64,000 nucleotides of DNA from NCBI GenBank assembly GCA_004764695.1, contig SMSO01000037.1:4626747-4690746 (forward strand), read 5' to 3'. The stretch is from Schizochytrium sp. TIO01. Taxonomy: Eukaryota; Protista; Bigyra: Labyrinthulomycetes. The position numbers and the translations under genes were made by a program. Below, piece by piece: positions 47,947-59,914 of this stretch. Each line of letters starts with the position of its first letter. Within the stretch, counting starts at the first letter, position 1. The notes under the pieces were generated by a model. That model did no database searches. It saw nothing but the letters and a program-made list of their open reading frames with translations, and was not told the DNA's origin.

Positions 47947-48611
47947 GATCTTGGACGAGGGAAATCTCGAATCTAAGTCAAATAGGTGAAGCGACCTTTC
48001 GCTCGATCGACAAAATCAAACGAAGCTATTTTGCGTGTGATCTACGAAAGTAATGTTCCTGCTAAACAAGCTAGTTCGAGCTGAGCTGAGCTGATCTAAG
48101 CTGGTTTGAGTCGAGCCTAGTTGACTGAAGTGGAGGCTCAGAACAACGCGCTCGACAAGATTAGATCAAATCGGATCTAGTCAATGGCGGCGGTGAGGCT
48201 GCAAGCAGCTCGCACGAGGCAGCGGCCTCAAGAGTCTCTGACAGTTCTCAACGATTAAAGGCGAGCACCGGTCGTCTATGTTGCTGTCCAAGGTCTCCGC
48301 CGCGCGCAGTAAGCGGCAGAATCAGGTTTGCCAGCTCCTGCGAAACAATCTCTTTCACTCTAAAAACAACAGAGTAAATCGAAATCGACTAAGCTAATAA
48401 ACAGAGGAACAAACAAGCACACAACAGGAACAAACAACGTGGAAGAGCAGCAGTGCAGCCGCACCTTCGACAGTAGACCCGACGCTGCACTTGTCGGTGG
48501 CCTGGCGCAGTGCTCTCGCTTCTCCAGAGCCTGCAATAACCTTCCTTGCAGCGGTGGCCTCTGCTGCAACAGACCAAAGTAAGCCGGAGTTGCTCAGCAA
48601 AGTGAAGCAAT

Positions 48612-48710
48612 GCAAAACAACACAAAACAAGCAAAGCAAAGCAAAGCAAAGCAAAACAAAGCAAAGCAAAACAAAGCAAAGCAAAGCAAAGCAAATAGAA
48701 CAAAACAAAA
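48612..48710. repeat. (GCAAA/ACAAA)n pentanucleotide microsatellite
   Basis: Read directly; explains the spurious LCFAL-type ORFs. Confidence 0.92.
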
Positions 48711-51700
48711 GTGAAGCACCTCTAAAGCAGTGAACGATGTAGAAGAACAAAGTGAAGCAAAGCCTGGCGAAACAGAACAGATCGAACTCGCAAGCAAAGC
48801 TTTTGTAAACACAACTAATCGTGGAAAGCGATGGTTTCATCGAAATCTTTCCATATCCGTAGTAGTAGTAGCACATTCATGACAACAAGCCGTAACTCAC
48901 TCTCTTGAAGACATCGCCAATTTTTTATTTGACAAATCAACTAGTCAGCGACGACGATGAATCAAAACGACGCGAGCAACGGGTGAACGAGTTGGTTCTC
49001 AAATGGAGCAGCAGTCTGGGTTTGCTCCAAGGTAAGGTTTCAAGCGCTAAAGCTCAAAACACCTAAACGAATCGCGGCGATTCACCAATTTATCTCGATC
49101 TCTTTTGCTGCCAAAAGTGCAGTAAACTAACTGCCCGAGGTGCTCTCTGTCACCAAGATATCTTAGCGCTCTTTGGACAAGCCAGCTTCGACTCCACCAA
49201 GGCACGTTAGCAATAATGACGCTGCGTGAACAAGCTCGAGCCTAGAGGCATCATAACACTCGTACATCAGAGCTTCGCGCTTTGATTCCAAGGCTTATTC
49301 TTTCAAGGTTTTCGGCGTTCGTGAGCATCAGACAGAAAGGCTGCTAGCTAGCTAGCTAGTAAAAGCTTCAATACCGAAAGGGTAACTAAATGGGAGAGGG
49401 CAAAAGGGGGTTACCATACTGGTATCACAATTAGGTTGTCTGAGAACGGCCTCAGGGCGGTCACTTCGAAGCTGAGGCGCAGCACCATCGTTTCTGAGAA
49501 GACGTCGCGGCTCTGGAGCTACGCAGCGGAAGCCGAGATCTTCGTTAAGAAAAGTGACGGCTTCGCTGCTATTTATTGTTTTATTCATTCATCGACGTGC
49601 TAGCGAGTTAGGATGAGAATGACTATTTATCTTGAGATTAGCAAGGGCGCAAATGCGGTATGTATGCCCCGTTGTTTTTTTCAGAAAGTAGAAACCGAGT
49701 TCTACTTTGTGAGTCACAATTTGAGTTGTCTTGAAAAGAGCCTTCCAGCAATCCGATAGTCTGCTTCGTGTTTGCGGAGGTTGTCTGGTCTGGCCCAAAA
49801 TGTCAGCAAGGAAAGTTACGAGTCCTTTTAACAGTTCATGTTCGTTTTGGCTTGGCTAGTCTTTTGATTTTTTAGCCCTTTCTTTCTTTCTTTGTTCTCT
49901 GGCTAATGTTATTATTATATTTTTTCTTTCTACTGTGTTCTTCTTTATTATTGTTATTGGCCATTCATATTAAACTTGCTAAGTCTTTAAGTTTATTTTT
50001 TAACAAGAGCTTTTTAATTTTACAAATGCAACTTGAAGAAAGCCCAGACTCAACGCGCACTCTTCGCAAACTACGGTTGCCGTCATTGCACCTGCAAGGA
50101 AACAGACATTGCACCGCTGATTTGAGATTGTGTAGCACGGAAATTAAGAAGGCCAACATGATAGATTGTCTTATCTGGATTATCCATCAACTAGGAAATT
50201 GTTTATTTTCTAAACATGTTCATTCGAAGGTTCGCTAAAAATAAGCTAAAAGATCCACCAAAAGATTCGGACGGTCCTTGAATGGCAAGAATAGCGCATG
50301 TGCTACTTCCTTAACTTCGTGGTACATGCCGGTTTGTTGCCGGGGTGGCCCAAGACCCTACAAATCGACTCACGCTGTCTCATTAGTTTATTGCGAATCC
50401 ATAATGGGTTTGGCTTTCTCCTCGTGTGAACCATGGGGCAGGAGTTTAGTGAACTCCAGAGTATGCCATATAAAAATGCAGAATGTGAAAACCTACGTCT
50501 AGCAGCCCCAAGCTTCGTAGAACACTTTTTCTAAGGCCGAAGAGAAAGGATAGAATTCCTGAGTAAAAGAGTATGCACAAATTGAGAAAGACACCGCTCG
50601 TGATAAGTCTTTATGAATACTCACGAGCCTCAGCGCGAGAGTGGGGTCCACAACCTCGTCCTCAGAAGTTGTGAGCATTTATGTTAGTGATGCAATACTT
50701 CTCAACCATTCCAGGCATTGCGTCAGAAAGCGCCTACAACGTTTCTTGAATCGGTCAATGCTGATCCAAGGTCTACAATTTACTTCAAAAGCACCGAAGA
50801 GCCAAACTTGGCAATGTGGCATTGTATTTATTTGTAGAGCCTGAGACAACAAAGTTCAAGTTTATGCTTATAAACTGCTTAGACACTCTCGATTTTATAA
50901 TCATGAGTCACTGGTTCAGATACAAGAAAATAGTATGCACTCTCACGGTGAGTTGAACTTTTCAATTAAAGACATAGTTTCCGTATAAAACCGAAGGTTG
51001 GGAAACGAAAGGTCCCTTCGCTCCCATTATCAGCGATGTGCTGAGGTATGGAGTGAAACGTAAATTCTACTATTATCGTGAACCTTCTCATGCCAAGAGC
51101 AGGGCTTAATAAGAGACCCAAATATTATTATTAAATCATATTGCCATGGAAACAGTGCTCAAGGAGCATCTAGTACAATATACGCACATAGTGTTTATGA
51201 ACTTCACTTGCTTTTGTACTTGGCTTCTAGCAGCAAAGATAGTCCATTTGGATTCAATGAATAATTTACGCACGCATGTGTGCAAAGAATTTGATGTAAA
51301 TATTAATTTCCGAGCTTAGATTCCTCGCACTGATATTAAAAAGCCTACGCAGCGCCTTGCCTCTTGAAAATTCATATACCATTATTGCTTAGAGCTTAGT
51401 AAACCTCGAATGTATTCATTTATAACTGCTTGATTAAGCCACGTCCAACACGTTATGGGTACAAGTCAAGCTGCCGTTGCACAGTTTGATGGGTCAAATT
51501 TATTTTCTGTTTGCGCATGGGAAGAGTACCGGCGCAGCCATTTACACCGACTCTGCTACTATGATGCCAGCTTAGAAACCCCAATAATCCGAGCATTGTT
51601 GCTAGTGTACCAGATTGAAACGTGAATTTACGAAAGCGTGCAATTCGACCTCTAATTAAGGTACCTAAGCTCCCGAAGTCCGCAATTCCCCTACACATTA

Positions 51701-52117
51701 AGCAACATGTGTGCGCACGGAGGAGGCACTACTAATAAATAAGAAGGTATAAATTAAGGTGGATTGGAGGAAGCAGAGAATGACTTGGAAAACCATGAAT
51801 GAAACAGTAGCGCGCGATCGAAATCAGACTAGCGCGGCAGATACAAATCTGCGCAATACTGAGATCAAGGTGCTTCACGAAGCAAGCATCAGGTTTGAGT
51901 CGGCCCTGCCAAGTTTGAAGGCTTTAGGCAACTTGTGTTAGCTGGTCTGCGAGGGGGATTGCGACGGATACTGCGTGTGGTACGTCAAGATCACCAAGAC
52001 GACTTTGAAGAGTCAGCACGTGGCTAGCAAGCGGGATCACTTATTTTACCTTGGGTTTGTGCTGAGTAGATTTGGAATTTAGACCACCAAAGATACGGAG
52101 TACTCAAGTCTGCAACA

Positions 52118-53035
52118 ATGTCGAACGCACAGAATAAATCCAACTTGGTTGACGATGATCTGGACGATCTTCTTTCGAGCGCCCTTGATGAGGTAGAGCT
52201 TGACGATCATGATGATGATTCTGGCCAGACTGAAGTTGGCAATAAAGGATCAAACCTCTCATCCGCTGCGCGTGCAGCTGCTCAGGAATCTGCAGAAACT
52301 GCTAAAAAATCCGGCGAACAGGCTAAGAAAGACGCAGCAGCTAGCGCGTCCTCAGGAGGTTTCGGAGGCTTTGAAAACTTTGAAGCAAGCGCTGCAGAAC
52401 TTCTCAAGGAGCTCAACGATCCTGAGTTTAGTAAAACCTTGGAGGAGACCCTCAAGGCCATGGGCCAGGCCGAGGCAGGAGGCAGTGGTGGCGATGCATC
52501 CGATGAGGATATCGCAAAATTACTCCAGGGCTTGACAAAATCTGCCGGCGACCTCGAGGGCCTCGACGCTGCTTCAGCTGAAAACATGGGCGACGAGATC
52601 ATGAAGGAGATGATGGCACAGTTTGAGAAGATGGGCAACAAAGAAGACTTTGAGAGTGTTATTTCAAACATGATGAGTCAACTTCTTGGCAAAGATGTCA
52701 TGTACCCTCCCATGAAGATGGTATGTGAAAAATTCCCCGAATGGTTAGCTGACCATGAAGACAAGCTCGAGCCTGCCGAATATGAGCGCTATGGCAAGCA
52801 GTATGAAGTTTATCAACGTATTGTGGCAGTTTATGAGACTGAACCTGATAACTTATCTAAGCTCAGCGAGCTCTTTGAACAGGTCCAAGAGTTTGGTCAA
52901 CCCCCTGTTGAAATTGTCAAAGAGCTTTCGCCTGGGCTTGAAATCGACGAAAACGGTGTGCCAAAGCTTCCTGCTCTTGGCGGAGGTGCTGGCATGCCAC
53001 CGGGCATGGACCCCAATGCCTGCGCTCAGCAGTAA
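52118..53035 (+). CDS. PEX19: Peroxisomal membrane protein import receptor PEX19
   Basis: N-terminal DDLDDLLSSALD (Pex3-binding), MMSQLLGKDVMYPPMK, KFPEWL, YERY.KQY, QEFGQPP.EI, C-terminal CaaX CAQQ. Confidence 0.96.
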   Translation: MSNAQNKSNLVDDDLDDLLSSALDEVELDDHDDDSGQTEVGNKGSNLSSAARAAAQESAETAKKSGEQAKKDAAASASSGGFGGFENFEASAAELLKELNDPEFSKTLEETLKAMGQAEAGGSGGDASDEDIAKLLQGLTKSAGDLEGLDAASAENMGDEIMKEMMAQFEKMGNKEDFESVISNMMSQLLGKDVMYPPMKMVCEKFPEWLADHEDKLEPAEYERYGKQYEVYQRIVAVYETEPDNLSKLSELFEQVQEFGQPPVEIVKELSPGLEIDENGVPKLPALGGGAGMPPGMDPNACAQQ

Positions 53036-53471
53036 AATACAAAGAAAAAAGAGATGCGACCTTCTAATATATAAGATTATTCACTTTCCATGCTGTTCTG
53101 TTCATGCATCTCAATTGGTTAGGGCGTTTTTTTGAGCGACAGGTCGATAATACGAGTTTCGCCTGAGCAGGTTAGGAATTTCTCGCCAACGTAGATGCTA
53201 CCCCCAGTACTACTTCTGGAGTATCATTGAAACGAGCACCTTGCCGATATAATATGTTTGAATCAATCTCACTAGTCAAAAGCAGCAAAAAAATATCCTG
53301 GATAAAAAGCAAAAACAATCATTCATTTAGGTTTGACTTCAATTCTTGTTACCCACGTGGAAAAATTCGTATATCACCGTCATCAATCCAAAAACAGAAA
53401 TGCACAGGGTGTATCCTTGGTATATATTCTACTAACTGAGGGACATCACTCAACCAATGAAATGGGCTTCT

Positions 53472-53544
53472 GCTCGGATAGCTCAGTTGGTAGAGTGACA
53501 GTTTAGTAAGCTGTTGGTCCCGAGTTCAACTCTCGGTTCGAGCA
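53472..53544 (+). tRNA. tRNA-Thr (anticodon AGT)
   Basis: Cloverleaf: acceptor GCTCGGA/TTCGAGC, D-stem GCTC/GAGT, anticodon stem ACAGT/GCTGT with loop TTAGTAA, T-arm CCGAG-TTCAACT-CTCGG, discriminator A. Confidence 0.96.
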
Positions 53545-53548
53545 AATA

Positions 53549-53554
53549 TTTTTT
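53549..53554 (+). terminator. RNA polymerase III oligo-T terminator of tRNA-Thr
   Basis: T6 run 4 nt after the discriminator base. Confidence 0.8.
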
Positions 53555-54185
53555 AATATTATTTTTTTTTCTATTTTTTTATAAATTAAATAGAAAATAT
53601 TTTAAATTTTTTAACTTACGGAATAAACACATTCTTTGAGCTAGGCTAATAACTTCATTTTTTATCTTCAAATCTGAGTCACGGTTATAATGATAGACCT
53701 TGCACATGAGCTAATCTAAGCATATGAGGTTTTTAAAGCCTGAGGCCTTGACTTTCAAGGTTTTGTTGTTGCTGGTTTACGAATGTTTGTTTTTGTTTGT
53801 TTTTTTCAATTTATTGAAAAGCTGAAAAGAACGCAGAATTGTGATAGTACTATGGAATGTTCTGCATCTCGAAGTTCATCACAGATCTCGATGGTTGTTT
53901 CTTTGCAAGACATTCGAGTGTTGTGTTTTTGTTAGTTTGATTATTCCGGATTTAGAACTGAGGTCTATTTTATCAACTAAGAGTATTGGGCCATACTTTC
54001 ATGCCAAGAAATGACAGACATAGAGATTTTGGAATCAGTCGTCTCTGTTCTCAAAGTTCTGATTGTTGGACATGATAACTACCTATAAGATGAATGTTTT
54101 GCATGAGTGTGATCTGCAGCAGAACAAAATAATCAACCTTCACCAACCATCATCCAACGTGACAATCGTCAATTTGTGATTAGCA

Positions 54186-55136
54186 ATGGAGACCTTTCAA
54201 GCCCAGCAGGGACGTGATCCCAGCTCTGAAGATGTAGACTTCACTGCGAACGAGACGGTTTTGCCTCTCTCTGATCCGGCAGCCACCAGCTTCATCTTGA
54301 TGGAGATCGTCCGCATGAACAAGAACCTGCCGCCTCTGCAGACTTTGCAAAGCGGAGACCTCCTACGATCATTTTTTGTTGCAGAAATCTTACCCTTGCT
54401 TGCCGATTCTGTGGAGTGCAAAGGTGAAGGAACCTCGGTTAGACTGCAAGTTAAGTGTGAGGCTCTTTCTCAAGTGAAAAGCGCGCTTGTGAGTAAACCT
54501 CAGGACACCACATCTGCCAAGATCAGCGTCAGCGATGAAGTGGATCCTGAAAGCGCCAAGCGTGAGGTTAATTTTCAACGTAGTGTGGCAAACCTGAAAC
54601 GCGAGAAACGCACCGGCTGGGTTTTGCGCAATGTGCCGGATCCTGAGAGTGTCTCAGATCATAGCTTTGGTGTCGCTCTTGGGGCCTTTCTTGTGCAAGA
54701 TGACTCCATTGATCGGTCCAAAGCTGTAATGATGGGCCTGCTTCACGATGTGGCAGAGTCGATTGTGGGAGACATTGCCCCAGGTCAAGGTATCTCGGAT
54801 ACCGAAAAGCATTCCCGTGAGCATGCCGCTATGGAAGAGCTTCTGCACAACCAACTCGGAGGCGGGGCCCATGCCAACTATATTGAAGCGCTTTGGAAAG
54901 AATACGAAGCCCGTGAGTCTCCAGAGTCTCTCTTGGTAAAAGATCTAGACCGTTGGGAGATGATTCTCACTGCTGACGGATATGAACGCGATGCGGCCCC
55001 GGAGCGGCAAGATTTTCTGCAAGAATTCTACGAAGGTGTGCGCGGTAAAATTAAGCACCCGCGCGTTCAAGCTTGGCAAAAATCTCTTGAAGCATCACGC
55101 AACGAGCGTCTTGCACAGAGAAATGAATCCCATTAG
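54186..55136 (+). CDS. HDDC2: HDDC2/YGK1-like HD-domain 5'-deoxynucleotidase with an N-terminal extension
   Basis: LKREKRTGW, PESVSDHS, LLHDVAESIVGDIAP, EKH.RE..AM, LWKEYE, VKDLDR.EM. Confidence 0.92.
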   Translation: METFQAQQGRDPSSEDVDFTANETVLPLSDPAATSFILMEIVRMNKNLPPLQTLQSGDLLRSFFVAEILPLLADSVECKGEGTSVRLQVKCEALSQVKSALVSKPQDTTSAKISVSDEVDPESAKREVNFQRSVANLKREKRTGWVLRNVPDPESVSDHSFGVALGAFLVQDDSIDRSKAVMMGLLHDVAESIVGDIAPGQGISDTEKHSREHAAMEELLHNQLGGGAHANYIEALWKEYEARESPESLLVKDLDRWEMILTADGYERDAAPERQDFLQEFYEGVRGKIKHPRVQAWQKSLEASRNERLAQRNESH

Positions 55137-55889
55137 AGTGTGAGTTCATTTAAAGAAGCACGATAGAGAATAAAATCAAGGACCTTTCTATCTGGTGAGT
55201 TTTTGGTAATGTACCAAGTCTCGTTGAGGAGTCCTGGGCAATCAGAAAAGGGCCTAAATACAAATGCGGGTTGTAAGGACCTGTTCATATGGCGAGGGCT
55301 GTAGTATTGAGTGTGACTGATATTTCGCACATTGTATCCTTGTGAGATCATGAAAATAGGACGAATATTCTCATTGCGGATATCCGCAAAATATAGATGA
55401 TCGTACTGTACGACCAGTCAATCACCCCTTTCTTCCGTTGCGCAGTTGTAAATCTATTATGTGCTTGAACATTGGAATCGAATAAATTCCCCGACCGTGC
55501 GATGGGGCAGGTATGTGTGGCTCTCTATGTCTGACGCATGCAGCAAATCTTTTCATCGAAATTTCATTGAAATTCATGGTAATTTTTACATTTTCCCCTA
55601 CAGCTCTGATTTGCGAAAGTACGAAACACAGTCATCGATTTGAGGGTAACATTTACCAGAAAGTCTTAGTCATGACGCTTGGGGACGGCAGAAATGGCTT
55701 GGTTCAAAATCCATTATTTGCGCATACGAAGACACGTGATAGCTACAGATGTACCTCGCTGGCGCAGATGCATACATATTACCGTGCTACCTCCCTTGCT
55801 CCCGGACTGGTTCGCCCCCCGCGGTGCCTATGCTTAAGTTTCTCGTGCTTGCTTAATTGGTGGAGCTTCTTAGTGTCCCGAACTTGATA

Positions 55890-56700
55890 TGATCTGGCCG
55901 TATGCTATGGTTGGTGAGCCCCCAGGCTCCAATTTTCAAATATCGTCATTTGTGTCATTGATGCACAACAAGCGAGCATTATTGGGGCCTTCCTTGGATT
56001 ACCAAGGGGCACGAATACAAGAAAGGCTCCCTTTCAAGAGCTCCATTTTGCAGCAAGCTTGTTCCAAAGGCGGCCAAAATGGTGTGCCCGCCAGGGTCTA
56101 CGTCTCACGCTTGTATAGTTTGGCCATTTCGCTACTAGGTTGCCTTTAGTTCTTAACCGATCAACGCATTTTTATCAAGTTCATAAAAAGAATTAAAGAA
56201 TAGGGAGCAATTTTACCGAGACTGGTGAAACACTAGCGTGATAAAGCCATTTGGCAGAAATCTTCTATGACTTTCTTACCAGCAAATGCAACACCCTTAA
56301 AGACGGTTAATGTTAATCAAGATTGAAAACATACCGAATGTAAGTTCTGCAGTTTGGGTGTTGTGTAAGAAACTTGAAGAGTTGATGAGGAAGGGAGTAG
56401 TTTATTTTGAACCTTTGCGCCGGATAGCCGCGCAGGGGACATTCTTGGGCGAGACAAAAGTGCTGAAGAAAGGTGCCATTTCCTTCTGTTTTTTCTAATG
56501 TCACATCCTGTTGTGACAACTAGCCTTCAGACCATTCTTTAATTCAATTGCATGCGAACTTGCATTGATGTTCTCGAATATATAGTTGAGGTGAGGTAAA
56601 AATGCTTGCAGGGATTTTGTTGAAGACATCCATCAGATCTGCCCTGCTGTAGTAGAGCAGAGCTTTCTGGACATCAAACATGGCATCTCAGTTCATTTTC
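55890..56700 (-). pseudogene. Possible decayed coding fragment, unidentified
   Basis: One minus-strand frame reads protein-like across sparse stops (DAMFDVQKALLYYSRADLMDVFNKIP...*LSQQDVTLEK...YVFNLD). No family recognised. Confidence 0.25.
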
Positions 56701-58243
56701 ATTGAAAATAATAGTAATGATAATAAGGAGAAGAGGAAAGAAAGAGAGAAAAACCAATACCAGCCACCCGCCGGCGGGGCGACCGCTATAGCGAGCACAC
56801 TGATTGAAGAAGGCAACTAAAATGGAGTTCACTACTTCTTTTTATGTTCTTTTGCTTCATGGGTCGTAATCCTTCTTATATGGTTCTTCCTATTCCATCG
56901 CTGCCTCTGTACTAAGGTGCATTGTAGATCCGAGCGACTAAACTTCGTTGGACTGTTGCTTAGCGCTTCGGAATGCTTACAGAGATCCTGGATGGACGCA
57001 AGATGAAAATGTCTTGGTCCAGTCGCAAATACAGTGAGAAATGCCAAGGTAGACAAGAGATCGAGACACGCTAGTGTGCTTTCAGACAAATCAAACCAGC
57101 TGAAGAGTTTCATGTTTCCATCAAAAAAAAACATCCAATAGCTAGTTGTATGTGTCATTCAGCGAGAGCAACTACTCTAAAAGATGAAGAAGGAGAGCTG
57201 GGCGGGAATGGCACGTGTACGCCGCCCGCAGGTGCGAGAATTCAGGTGGCGAGCGAATGTTATCTTAGGTCGCGGAGACTTATAAGGAGTCCCACTGTCC
57301 CTCGACAAAAGCGCACGGCGATCGGACAATCGCACATAAGTGGCCACCCCTAAGCACAGTTAGCCTAAACCTTAGAAGTGCCGTGTAATGGAGGGTAGGC
57401 AAATTGGCTCGCCTAGGAGGCTGATTGAATGACTCCATGGTGAGCAGGCTCGCCACTTCGGCGCTCCAAGCCTTCCTGATAGTCTTCCCAAGAGCCCGGC
57501 TCCTCTCCCGTGCGTTGAGGTCGAATGCAATTGGGTCAATGCTCAAATACCCTTGTCACCGACTGGGACTAGACTGGGAAAAAGGAAAAATAGCGACGGG
57601 CCTCCATCTTCCCTTTTTAATTCATAAAAAAGGTTTTAGCCGGAGTTCCTGAGATCCCCTTCAGACAATCAACGCCAAGAACGGCGACAACGAGCCCACG
57701 CCCGACATCATTGCGGATTCCAAACGAAGGAAAGGTCTAATTGTTCGAGGGTCTAACCTCGTCGCCGAGTGAGCGAGCAAACTGGCTTGCTAGACACAAA
57801 ACCTGGCGAGCCAACGCGGAATCGCCAAGATTGCCAAGGAAACCTTCGCATCGTAGTAGTTCTGGTCCTTGGAGGCAGCTTGAGACTGGCCCGTCAAAGC
57901 TTGGCAGCTCGCCCTATACTAGAGCACTGCGAAGACCAGCTGACTTGGTTACGACCAGCACGCTCACTGTCACTAACGCTACGGTGAGTATTCTTCATCG
58001 ATTGAGGTATTTTTTGCTCACAGTGACAGCTTTTGCCGGACTAGCTCTTGTCAGCACATCCAAACAAAAGCAACGCGAAAGTACCTCGCTTTGTAGCTAA
58101 CTTGTGCATACTTAAGGGTGGCGCTAGGAGGAGCTGTTGCACAGAACGGCAAGACGGGCCAAAGCAGAAGCAAACGAGAAACTCCTGGCAGAGGTCCGGT
58201 CTTGAAGTCTTACGAGAGAGCGGGATCCTGCAGCAGACACGCG

Positions 58244-59914
58244 ATGGGCTGCGCGCAATCGTCTCGCGCGGCAACGCACGCTGCTGTAGACGAAGGCACA
58301 ACCGAGTTTCCTTTAGAGAGCATTGGAAATCAGGAGCAGGAGCAGCACGGAGTCGCCAACAAACACCGTCGCTCCCGCTCGTCACAATCACAGCAGCACG
58401 AACAAGACGGGGAGTCCAATGCCGCTCAGGGCAGAGGTCGCCGCAAATCTACCACCAGTAAGAATGCTGGTGTACCCATAGTGACCGAGACCGATGTCAC
58501 AGTGGCAGATTCTAGTGGGGATGGGGCAGGGACCAAAAATGGCTCTGGGGAACACTTAGTGGGGCGACGGTCCGCCTCACTGGAACCTGAGAACAGCACT
58601 GGTCACCATAACAATACTAACAGCAACAATAACAATAGCCAAAATAGTAGCCACAACAGCAACAACCACAACAACACTGGAAGCAATTCCATCGAGGCGG
58701 GAACCGTGCACAGCCACGGTAGCAGCAATAACAACAACAACAATAGTAGTAATAACAACAACAATAGCATTGACGAAAACAGTGTGGCAAAGGTTGGGTC
58801 CGCAGACTCGGAGTCAAAGATGCGCCGCAGGTCAGCAGATGGAAAGGGGGCAAACATTTCAAGACGGGGAACCGCGGAGACGAACTCTGGCAACCTTCGC
58901 ACTCATCCATCTTCAGCTTCATCAAGTGCCAACAACAATGATAATGAAGACTTCTATGGGTTGGATATCAATTATAATGACATCGAACTCCGTGAAAGCA
59001 TCGGCAGTGGCACATATGGTCAAGTGTTTAAGTGCAGATACAAGGGCAAACAGTTGGCTTTGAAAAAGATTTTTGTACCCGAAGGTGCGATGGAACGCGC
59101 GGAGATGCTCGAGGACTTTGCCAAGGAACTTGGTATTCTCTCTGTTCTCCGCCATGAGCGTATTGTACAGTTCAAAGGTGCCGTGCGTAAGCATCCAACG
59201 TATGCTCTTATGTTCGAACTCTGCGAAGGTTGTGTCGGTACCCTTCTACGGATGGTGCGTCGTCGCAAAGTGAGTGTTACTTGGAGTATTTGTATTACCA
59301 TTGCTAAGGATTGTGCTGAAGCTGTGTCGTACCTTCACTCCCTACGCCCACGCATTCTCCATCGCGATCTCAAGTCGGAGAACTTGCTCCTCACCTCCAG
59401 GTTTAGGTGCAAGCTTACTGACTTTGGTCTTTCTCGTGTTTATGAGGGTCGCCGTCGTACAATGACTGTATGCGGTACCCCGTGCTGGGTTGCGCCTGAG
59501 ATATTCCGTGGTGAAGCCTACAATGAAAAGATTGACGTTTACTCTTTTGGTGTTGTGCTTTGGGAACTGTTCACAGGCCGCAAGCCATACACGGAGTATG
59601 AGAGCGTTGAGCTACCCTACCGTGTAGGCAAGAAGGGTTTGCGTCCGCCTCTCTTAAAACACGTGCCTCCTTCCATCAACCGGTTGATGCGTGACTGCTG
59701 GCATGAGTCTCCGGGCATGCGTCCGACTTTCCCCGAGATTGAGAAGCGTCTCGCAATGATTGAGGGCGAGCTTAATGATGCCAGCTGCCTCAATACCCCA
59801 GCACACCAAACCAAGATTTCATGGAACCAACAGGTTGCTCATGCACGCCAGCCAAGCGAAGGATCTCTTGTACCGGCTGGATCGCGTCGTTCGAACACCT
59901 CTGCTGTGGCGTAA
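58244..59914 (+). CDS. Tyrosine-kinase-like (TKL, Raf/MAP3K-like) protein kinase with an N-terminal acylation motif
   Basis: GSGTYG, ALK, HRDLKSEN, DFG, CGTPCWVAPE, DVYSFG, CW..P..RP.F. Start MGCAQS at ATG 58244 (Gly2/Cys3/Ser6). Poly-Asn tracts. Confidence 0.95.
   Translation: MGCAQSSRAATHAAVDEGTTEFPLESIGNQEQEQHGVANKHRRSRSSQSQQHEQDGESNAAQGRGRRKSTTSKNAGVPIVTETDVTVADSSGDGAGTKNGSGEHLVGRRSASLEPENSTGHHNNTNSNNNNSQNSSHNSNNHNNTGSNSIEAGTVHSHGSSNNNNNNSSNNNNNSIDENSVAKVGSADSESKMRRRSADGKGANISRRGTAETNSGNLRTHPSSASSSANNNDNEDFYGLDINYNDIELRESIGSGTYGQVFKCRYKGKQLALKKIFVPEGAMERAEMLEDFAKELGILSVLRHERIVQFKGAVRKHPTYALMFELCEGCVGTLLRMVRRRKVSVTWSICITIAKDCAEAVSYLHSLRPRILHRDLKSENLLLTSRFRCKLTDFGLSRVYEGRRRTMTVCGTPCWVAPEIFRGEAYNEKIDVYSFGVVLWELFTGRKPYTEYESVELPYRVGKKGLRPPLLKHVPPSINRLMRDCWHESPGMRPTFPEIEKRLAMIEGELNDASCLNTPAHQTKISWNQQVAHARQPSEGSLVPAGSRRSNTSAVA

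Noticed and set aside
48360-48876. Hydrophobic Cys/Phe/Leu-rich ORFs
   Set aside because: Translation artefacts of the (GCAAA)n microsatellite.
53498-53514. U32 and a U31-G39 pair in tRNA-Thr(AGT) as an anomaly
   Set aside because: From memory the same configuration occurs in plant tRNA-Thr(AGT); the cloverleaf is otherwise normal.
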